A DNA stretch of 64,000 bases, from the NCBI GenBank assembly GCA_964432485.1, contig CAYSNP010000001.1:22043-86042 (forward strand), written 5' to 3'. Position numbers and translations under genes: made by a program. Positions 10,095 to 16,583 of this stretch are shown here, piece after piece (position 1 is the first letter of the stretch; every line of letters begins with the position of its first letter). The DNA is from an uncultured Christensenellaceae bacterium (GTDB taxonomy: Bacteria; Bacillota; Clostridia; Christensenellales; DTU072). The notes under the pieces were generated by a model. The model did not search any database and was not told where the DNA came from. It saw nothing but the letters and a program-made list of their open reading frames with translations.

Positions 10095-11324
10095 ATGGAT
10101 ATAAATCAAGCACGCTTTTTAGTATTACAAGCCGAACAAGAAGCAAAAGACAGCTTTAGCACCATAGAGCAAATAGCATTATATAATCAAGAAAAAGTGC
10201 TGGAAGCATTTAGCAAAGCGAAAGTAGCTCAAAGGCATTTCTATCCCTCAACAGGTTATGGATATGATGATGCTTCTAGGCGCACCTTATCAGAAGTGTA
10301 TGCAAAATGCTTTAAGATAGAGGATGCATTAGTTTCACCGTTGATTTCAGGCGGTACAGGCGCTCTTTGCTTATCTTTATTTGGACTGTTGCGACCTTCT
10401 GACCTTATGCTATCTATTAGCGGCAAGCCTTATGAAACCCTTTCTAGGGTAATAAGCGGCTCTGGCACAGGCTCTTTGCAAGATTTTGGTATAAAATATC
10501 ACGAAATTGCTTTGGCTAATGGCGATTTTGATTTACAAGCAATATCAAAATATATTAAAGAAAATAAGGTAAAATTAGCTTATATACAACGCTCCAGAGG
10601 TTACGAGTTCCGAAGAGCATTAAGCGTAGAGCAAATAGGGCGTGTTTGCTCAATTATTAAGAAAATAGATCCAAATTGTATAGTTTTATGCGATAATTGC
10701 TATGGAGAGTTTACCGAATTATATGAGCCTAGCGAGGTTGGCGCAGACCTTATTATTGGCTCATTAATTAAAAATCCCGGTGGGGGGCTAGCGCCGACAG
10801 GCGGCTATGTAGCAGGTAAACTGGCATATATTGACGCAATTTCCGGCAAATTGACCGCTCCGTCAGTAGGGCGGGCTGTAGGTTCGTATGCGGCAAGCTA
10901 CCGACCATATTTTCAAGGGTTTTTTATGGCGCCTTCTACCGTAAGCTATGCCCTTAAAGGCAATGCTTTAGCTTCGTATATCTTTACCAAGTTAGGCTAT
11001 AATGTGCTTCCTCTGCCCGGCGAGATACCTCACGATATAGTTGTAGCAATTAAGTTTAATACCAAAGAAGAATTAATTGCATTTTGCCAATCTGTGCAAT
11101 ATGCCTCTCCGGTAGACGGTTTTGTTACAGCTTGCCCCGGACCAATGCCCGGATATAGTCATGAAGTAATTATGGCAGCAGGGACTTTTGTACAAGGCGG
11201 CTCATTGGAGCTTACCGCAGATGCTCCAATTAGAGAGCCATATATTGCATATCTGCAAGGCGGCCTAACCTATGAGCATATTAAAATTGCTCTTATAAAG
11301 ATATTGCAAAGTCTGGATAGATAA
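10095..11324 (+). CDS. YnbB-type PLP enzyme (methionine gamma-lyase / 'aluminium resistance' family)
   Basis: Motif HFYPSTGYGYDDASRRTLSEVYA and an overall length of 409 aa match the family usually found downstream of mutL in Firmicutes. Confidence 0.8.
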   Translation: MDINQARFLVLQAEQEAKDSFSTIEQIALYNQEKVLEAFSKAKVAQRHFYPSTGYGYDDASRRTLSEVYAKCFKIEDALVSPLISGGTGALCLSLFGLLRPSDLMLSISGKPYETLSRVISGSGTGSLQDFGIKYHEIALANGDFDLQAISKYIKENKVKLAYIQRSRGYEFRRALSVEQIGRVCSIIKKIDPNCIVLCDNCYGEFTELYEPSEVGADLIIGSLIKNPGGGLAPTGGYVAGKLAYIDAISGKLTAPSVGRAVGSYAASYRPYFQGFFMAPSTVSYALKGNALASYIFTKLGYNVLPLPGEIPHDIVVAIKFNTKEELIAFCQSVQYASPVDGFVTACPGPMPGYSHEVIMAAGTFVQGGSLELTADAPIREPYIAYLQGGLTYEHIKIALIKILQSLDR

Positions 11325-11453
11325 TAAGCCTTACAATAAGATATAATTACCTTTTAGCCCTATTTTGATAACAATACCCCCTATCTATTCGTTAAACCTG
11401 TATTTTGCGAATAGATTTATAACTTAAATTTCCTAGTACCCTATTCTGATTTC

Positions 11454-11561
11454 GTCTTTGCAGGGGACGCGTTAAGCAGGCTTGCCGGTGGCAAGTCTGT
11501 AGGGGGAGCCCACGAGCAAATGCGGGAGCATTGCGAGGGTATAATCAGTGAAGCAATCCAG
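11454..11561. repeat. family B copy 1 (108 bp)
   Basis: GTCTTTGCAGGGGACGCGTTAAGCAGGCTTGCCGGTGGCAAGTCTGTAGGGGGAGCCCACGAGCAAATGCGGGAGCATTGCGAGGGTATAATCAGTGAAGCAATCCAG. Confidence 0.9.
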
Positions 11562-11619
11562 TTCTAGAGCCTTAATCCCTATTTTCTCTTTTACATAAAG
11601 CAATCCAGGCCCCTAAAAA

Positions 11620-12075
11620 GTCATTGCGAGGCACGAAGCAATCCAGACTCCAGAGGGTTGCTCCCTGTTCTCCAGAGGCTTGCTCCTTATTTGCAGAGGC
11701 TTACTCCCTGCCCTACCAATCTCACCTTAACTTTTTGCCAAAGACAAAAAATCTCATTATGAGCCTCGCTCATAATATCATTTGCATAAGCAAATATAAC
11801 TTTGCGGCTTGTCCGCAAAATCTCATTGCACAGAGCCTTGCTCCCTTGTCTTTGCGAGGCACGAAGCAATCCAGACTCCAGAGGCTTTGCTCCCTGTTCT
11901 CCAGAGGCTTGCTCCTTGTTTGCAGAGGCTTCCTCCCTGCCCTACCAATCCCACCTTAACTTTTTGCCAAAGACAAAAAATCTCATTATGAGCCTCGCTC
12001 ATAATATCATTTGCATAAGCAAATATAACTTTGCGGCTTGTCCGCAAAATCTCATTGCACAGAGCCTTGCTCCTT
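11620..12075. repeat. family V, tandem pair 1 (two 228-bp units: 11620-11847 and 11848-12075)
   Basis: Each unit reads GTC(A/T)TTGCGAGGCACGAAGCAATCCAGACTCCAGAGG ... CCTTAAC, then four hairpins, then ATCTCATTGCACAGAGCCTTGCTCC. The period is exactly 228 bp. Confidence 0.9.
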
Positions 12076-12162
12076 ATTTTATTGTATTATGGTGAAGCTG
12101 TGCTTTGCGGGATTGATTGCTGGATTGCTTCGGCACTTTGTGCCTCGCAAAGACGTTAGAAA

Positions 12163-12270
12163 GTCATTGCAGGCGACGCGTTAAGCTGAGTTGCCAGTGG
12201 CAAGTCTGTAGGGGGAGCCCACGAGCAAATGCGGGAGCATTGCGAGGCTATAATCAGTAAAGCAATCCAG
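12163..12270. repeat. family B copy 2 (108 bp)
   Basis: Same order and length as copy 1, with about 8 substitutions. Confidence 0.9.
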
Positions 12271-12310
12271 CCCCAGAGCCCTACTCCTTGATTGCTGAGG
12301 CTTGCTCCTT

Positions 12311-12426
12311 GTTAAATTGCAGCAAACTCTCTAAATATCACCATATTGCTTTCGCACAAGAATAATTGTTCGTTATTACATTCAAATTGAATTTGCTTGT
12401 GTGCTCTGCACAAGAATAATTGTTCA
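12311..12426. repeat. family U module 1 (box - ATTCAAATTGAAT palindrome - box)
   Basis: GTTAAATTGCAGCAAACTCTCTAAATATCACCATATTGCTTT + box 12353-12372 + palindrome 12380-12392 + box 12407-12426. Confidence 0.9.
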
Positions 12427-12658
12427 AGTGCTTCTTTTTAATTTGAAATTCAGCAGTGCTTCGCGGGACTGGATTGCTTCGGCACTTTGTGCCTCGCAAA
12501 GACAAGCTGTGCTAGCGTATGCCCTAGATTGCTTTGTCGCGCTTGCTCCGCGCAATGACGATTTCCAATCCTTGTTGGTAATTATTTATGATGGAAAGCC
12601 CCTATTTCGTCTTTGCGAGCGACAGCGAAGCAATCCAGAGTTCGGAGGCCGGCTCCTT

Positions 12659-12776
12659 GTTAAATTGCAGCAAACTCTCTAAATATCACTATATTGCTTT
12701 CGAACAAGAATAATTGTCCGTAATCATATTCAAATTGAATTTGCTTAATTGCTTTCTGTACAAGAATGATTGTTCG
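12659..12776. repeat. family U module 2
   Basis: Same architecture as module 1; boxes at 12701-12720 and 12757-12776. Confidence 0.9.
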
Positions 12777-12912
12777 CAATCCAGACTCCAAAGGGTTGCT
12801 CCTTGTTCTCTAGAAGCTTTGCTTCTTGTTTTATTGCGTTATGGTGAGGCTATGCTTGCGTTTGCTCTGGTTTGCTTCGGCACTATCGTTCCTCGCAAAG
12901 ACGAGTTAGGAA

Positions 12913-13020
12913 GTCATTGCAGGCGGTGCGTTAAACAGGCTTGCCGGTGGCAAGTCTGTAGGGGGAGCCCGCGAGCAAATGCGGGAGCATTGCGAGGGTA
13001 TAATCAGTGAAGCAATCCAG
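12913..13020. repeat. family B copy 3 (108 bp)
   Basis: Preceded by the same CTGG(T/A)TTGCTTCGGCACTATCGTTCCTCGCAAAGACGAGTTAGGAA element as copy 4. Confidence 0.9.
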
Positions 13021-13060
13021 CCCCAGAGCCCTACTTCTTGATTGCTGAGGCTTGCTCCCT

Positions 13061-13176
13061 GTTAAGTGCAGCAAACTCTCTAAATATCACCATATTGCTT
13101 TTGCACAAGAAAAATTGTAAGTAATCACATTCAAATTGAATTTACTTAATTGCTTTTGCACAAGAATAATTGTTTG
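13061..13176. repeat. family U module 3
   Basis: Same architecture, with a 1-nt deletion (GTTAAGTGCAGC); boxes at 13102-13121 and 13157-13176. Confidence 0.9.
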
Positions 13177-13355
13177 AATACTTCTTTTTTAATCTGCAAT
13201 TTAGCAAGGCTAACGCTTGCTTTGGATTGCTTCGGCACTAATGTTCTTCGCAAAGCCGGTTTATAATACTTTTTTTTAAATATTTATGGTGCAATGCCCT
13301 AGTTCGTCTTTGCGAGCAGTAGCGAAGCAATCCAGATTCCAGAGGCTTGCTCCTT

Positions 13356-13472
13356 GTTAAGTTGTAGCAAACTCTCTAAATATCGCCATATTGCTTTCGT
13401 ACAATAATAATTGTTCGCAATCATATTCAAATTGAATTTGCTTAATTGCTTTTGCACAAGAATAATTGTTCA
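13356..13472. repeat. family U module 4
   Basis: Boxes at 13398-13417 and 13453-13472. Confidence 0.9.
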
Positions 13473-13562
13473 ATATCTCTTTTTTAATCTGTAATTAGGC
13501 AACGCTTACACTTATCCTGGATTGCTTCGGCACTATCGTTCCTCGCAAAGACGAGTTAGGAA

Positions 13563-13670
13563 GTCATTGCAGGCGGTGCGTTAAGCAGGCTTGCCGGTGG
13601 CAAGTCTGTAGGGGGAGCCCGCGAGCAAATGCGAGAGCATTGCGAGGGTATAATTAGCGAAGCAATCCAG
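13563..13670. repeat. family B copy 4 (108 bp)
   Basis: About 96% identical to copy 3 across 13517-13670 versus 12867-13020. Confidence 0.9.
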
Positions 13671-13691
13671 ACTCCAGAGGGTTGCTTCCTT

Positions 13692-14127
13692 GTCTTTGCG
13701 AGGCACGAAGCAATCCAGACTCCAGAGGGTTGCTCCCTGTTCTCCAGAGGCTTGCTCCTTATTTGCAGAGGCTTACTCCCTGCCCTACCAATCTCACCTT
13801 AACTTTTTGCCAAAGACAAAAAATCTCATTATGAGCCTCGCTCATAATATCATTTGCATAAGCAAATATAACTTTGCGGCTTGTCCGCAAAATCTCATTG
13901 CACAGAGCCTTGCTTTCTTGTCTTTGCGAGCGGTAGCGAAGCAATCCAGACTCCAGAGGGTTGCTCCCTGTTCTCCAGAGGCTTTGCTTCTTGCCCTACC
14001 AATCCCACCTTAACTTTTTGCCAAAGGCAAAAAATCTCATTATGAGCCCCGCTCATAATCTCATTTGCAAGGCAAATCTCACTTTGCAACTTGTTGCAAA
14101 ATCTCATTGCACAGAGCCTTGCTCCCC
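13692..14127. repeat. family V, tandem pair 2 (13692-13919, 228 bp; 13920-14127, 208 bp with a 20-bp internal deletion)
   Basis: 13692-13919 is nearly identical to 11620-11847. The fourth unit is the most diverged and carries compensatory stem changes. Confidence 0.9.
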
Positions 14128-14174
14128 GTCTTTTCGAGGCACGAAGCAATCCAGACTCCAGAGGGTTGCTCCCT

Positions 14175-14291
14175 GTTAAGTTGCAGCAAACTCTCTAAAT
14201 ATCACCATATTGCTTTCGCACAAGTATAATTGTCCGCAATCATATTCAAATTGACTTTGCTTAATTGCTTCTGCACAAGAATAATTGTTTG
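14175..14291. repeat. family U module 5
   Basis: Boxes at 14217-14236 and 14272-14291. Confidence 0.9.
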
Positions 14292-14967
14292 AATACTTCT
14301 TTTTTAATCTGCAATTCAGCAAGGCTAACGCTTGCCCTGGATTGCTTCGGCACTTTGTGCCTCGCAAAGACAAGCTGTGCTAGCGTATACCCTGGATTGC
14401 TTTGTCGCTTTCGCTCCGCGCAATGACGGTTTATAAACCTTTTCGGTTGTTTTTTAAGGTGCAATATCCCTATTTTGTCTTTGTGTGCGATAGCAAAACA
14501 AAGATATTTTGATTTATTCAAATTGAATTTGTTTAATTGCTTTCAACACAAGAATAATTGTTCGTAATCTAAACTCCAAAGGGTGCTGCCTGTTTTATTG
14601 TGTTTTGTGAAGATGTGCTTCGACTGGATTGCTCCCTATTTTATTGTGTTATGTGAAGCCCTGCTTGCGTGGGGTTGGATTTATAAACAAGGAGCAGTAC
14701 TAGCGCAGGTCCTTTTGCACAAGAATAATTGTTCAAGTGCTTCTTTTTAATTTGAAATTCAGCAGTGCTTCGCGGGACTGGATTGCTTCGGCACTTTGTG
14801 CCTCGCAAAGACAAGCTGTGCTAGCGTATGCCCTAGATTGCTTTGTCGCGCTTGCTCCGCGCAATGACGATTTCCAATCCTTGTTGGTAATTATTTATGA
14901 TGGAAAGCCCCTATTTCGTCTTTGCGAGCGACAGCGAAGCAATCCAGAGTTCGGAGGCCGGCTCCTT

Positions 14968-15085
14968 GTTAAGTAGCAGCAACCTCGCTAAATATCGCCA
15001 TATTGCTTTCGAACAAGAATAATTGTCCGTAATCATATTCAAATTGACTTTGCTTAATTGCTTTTTGCACAAGAATAATTGTTCG
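14968..15085. repeat. family U module 6
   Basis: Boxes at 15010-15029 and 15066-15085. A partial module (palindrome plus one box) lies at about 14513-14564. Confidence 0.9.
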
Positions 15086-15440
15086 AATGCTTCTTTATTT
15101 TATTGAGTTATGGTGAAGCTGTGCTTCGTGGGACTGGATTGCTTCGGCACGATACACGCTAAGGCGCGATGAAATGCACTTGCCATATGCAAGTGTTGAA
15201 ATACATTTATTGCATAAATGGTGCAATACACGCTAAAGCGTGGTGAAATACATTTGCTTTTGCAAATGATTAAGGTGAGATTTATAAACAAGGAGCAAGT
15301 GCTAGCGCAAGTCCTTCCGCACAAGAATAATTGTTCTCAATCCAGACTCCAAAGGGTTGCTCCCTATTTTATTGTATTATGTGAAGCCCTGCTTGCGTGG
15401 GGCTGGATTGCTTCACGATGTTTGCAAAGACAATATTATC

Positions 15441-15468
15441 TTGATTCCTTCCTGATTTGTGTTATAAT
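15441..15468 (+). promoter_or_regulatory. putative strong sigma-A promoter of the recombinase gene (TTGATT-N16-TGtTATAAT)
   Basis: TTGATT at 15441-15446, extended -10 TG at 15460-15461, and TATAAT at 15463-15468. The ATG at 15475 is the 7th nt after the hexamer, and there is no SD. Confidence 0.5.
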
Positions 15469-15474
15469 CAAAGT

Positions 15475-16530
15475 ATGGACAGCAATTACTTTAGCAATCT
15501 AAAAAGAGAGCAATATTTTAAGCTAAATGAGTTATTAAACTCCCTACCCTCTTTTTGCAGAATGTTTTTTATTGGTATTGAGGGGGGGACGGAGGTTCTT
15601 ACACGCTTGGGTTATGCTAGGGATTTAATGATTTTTTTTGATTTTTTAGTCAAAGAAATGCCTGACCTTGATAAGGGTAAAGTAGCTGATATTACTTTAG
15701 CTGATTTGGCAAAGGTGCAAGCTATACATATAGAGCGGTATTTAAGTTATCTTTCTTATTACACCTTTAATAATAAAAGGCTATCCAATGGCGAAAGGGC
15801 AAAGGCACGAAAACTAAGTGCAATTCGCTCCCTATTTAAGTACTTATATAATAAGGACTTATTGCCTGAAAATGTGTCTGAAAAGGTGCAAACCCCTAAA
15901 TTGCATAGCAAAGAAATTGTACGACTAAATGAAGCCGAAATAGTAACTATGCTTGACAATATTGATGAGACCGCTTTCCCCTCTGATAGGCAAAGGACAT
16001 ATAATAAACATACACGTATAAGAGATAATGCTATTATTACGCTAATGCTTACCACAGGTATAAGGATAAGCGAATGTGCGGGGCTGGATTTTCAAGATAT
16101 TGATTTAGAAAATCACTCTTTTATAGTGACACGCAAAGGCGGCAATAGAGCAATACTCTATTTTTCTAATGAAACAGCGCAAGCTCTTGAGGCATATTTT
16201 GATGAGCGTGAAGTTAAATTATCTTCTCTTGGCAAGTCTATTCAAGGTCCCCTATTCCTTTCTTTGCAAAACAAGCGTCTAAGCGTTAGAGCTATTCAAA
16301 ACATAGTTAAAAAGTATGCCACAATAAGCGCACCGCTTAAAGAGATTTCGCCCCATAAGCTAAGGAGTACTTATGGCACACAGCTATATCGCAGCACCAA
16401 AGATATATATGTAGTTGCAGAAGTGCTTGGGCATAAGGATATTAACACAACCAAAAAGCATTATGCCGCAATAAGCGAGGATATTAAAAGAGAAGCATCT
16501 AATAAAGTAATTCTGCGTAAACAAAAGTAA
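15475..16530 (+). CDS. tyrosine-type site-specific recombinase (XerC/XerD-like integrase family)
   Basis: Catalytic signature TGIRISE (Arg), HKLRSTYGT (H-x-x-R), and LGHKDINTTKKHY (His...Tyr). An N-terminal SAM-like core-binding region is present. ATG at 15475 is preferred over the TTG at 15457. Confidence 0.85.
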   Translation: MDSNYFSNLKREQYFKLNELLNSLPSFCRMFFIGIEGGTEVLTRLGYARDLMIFFDFLVKEMPDLDKGKVADITLADLAKVQAIHIERYLSYLSYYTFNNKRLSNGERAKARKLSAIRSLFKYLYNKDLLPENVSEKVQTPKLHSKEIVRLNEAEIVTMLDNIDETAFPSDRQRTYNKHTRIRDNAIITLMLTTGIRISECAGLDFQDIDLENHSFIVTRKGGNRAILYFSNETAQALEAYFDEREVKLSSLGKSIQGPLFLSLQNKRLSVRAIQNIVKKYATISAPLKEISPHKLRSTYGTQLYRSTKDIYVVAEVLGHKDINTTKKHYAAISEDIKREASNKVILRKQK

Positions 16531-16548
16531 ATATTTTTCACTTTTTTA

Positions 16549-16577
16549 TTGCATTTATATTTTCATTATGATAAACT
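16549..16577 (+). promoter_or_regulatory. putative lexA promoter (TTGCAT-N17-TAAACT with TG at -15/-14)
   Basis: TTGCAT at 16549-16554, TG at 16569-16570, and TAAACT at 16572-16577. Confidence 0.45.
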
Positions 16578-16583
16578 AAATAC

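Larger units (their letters stand above)
12353..15337 (+). repeat. 15 co-oriented copies of a 20-bp quasi-palindromic box, consensus (C/T)G(C/A)ACAAGAATAATTGT(T/C)(C/T)(G/A)
   Basis: Copies at 12353, 12407, 12701, 12757, 13102, 13157, 13398, 13453, 14217, 14272, 14545, 14716, 15010, 15066 and 15318 (start coordinates; each is 20 nt). The asymmetric centre GAATAA has the same orientation in all copies. Confidence 0.9.
11340..15456. repeat. ORF-free mosaic repeat island made of repeat families V, B, U, H, T and W
   Basis: Direct reading of the sequence shows interleaved direct and inverted repeats. No ORF has an RBS. Copies differ by 1-nt indels that break any shared reading frame. Confidence 0.9.

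Noticed and set aside
11383-11416. Hairpin ATCTATTCG-(16 nt)-CGAATAGAT as the terminator of ynbB
   Set aside because: The loop is large, the stem is AT-rich, and no T-tract follows. It may simply be the left edge of the repeat island.
12353-15337. Calling the 20-bp boxes genuine LexA operators
   Set aside because: Only the outer pentamers resemble CGAAC/GTTCG, and they are spaced by 10 nt rather than 4. That places the half-sites on different helical faces for a canonical LexA dimer. Several copies have TG.AC or ..TTTG ends. I report it as an observation, not as an annotation.
11340-15456. CRISPR array interpretation of the repeat island
   Set aside because: There is no short (25-40 bp) constant repeat alternating with unique spacers of uniform length. 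The 'spacers' are themselves repeated. No cas genes are present in the window.
11340-15456. Insertion sequence, transposon or prophage remnant
   Set aside because: I found no transposase, integrase fragment or phage gene, even as a pseudogene, in any of the six frames. The only recombinase is the intact gene at 15475..16530, outside the repeats.
11624-15502. ORF-track entries inside the repeat island (11624..11959, 11802..12095, 12401..12682, 12714..13010, 13690..14013, 13895..14149, 14261..14521, 14737..14976, 15218..15502 and others) considered as small protein genes
   Set aside because: They are translations of repeats. The same peptides recur only because the DNA recurs. They overlap one another on both strands and none has a Shine-Dalgarno. 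Repeat copies differ by 1-nt and 20-nt indels that would shift any frame. I also tested a candidate 18-21 codon ORF starting at the TTG/CTG of ...CTCCTTGTTAAATTGCAGC, and it is likewise not frame-conserved between copies.
11340-16530. Integron-like array: recombinase reading away from an array, with each U module starting GTTAAGT or GTTAAAT, which fits the attC R' consensus GTTRRRY
   Set aside because: The 7-mer is so degenerate that about 8 matches are expected by chance in 4 kb on both strands. Its positional conservation simply follows from being part of a repeat. The 'cassettes' contain no ORFs. No paired RYYYAAC partner with the proper attC geometry was found (CCTTAAC in the V units is only 6/7 and wrongly placed). 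The recombinase looks like the XerC/D-like gene that, as I recall it, commonly precedes lexA in Clostridia. I keep this only as a remote hypothesis, testable by looking for the IntI-specific insertion in the protein.
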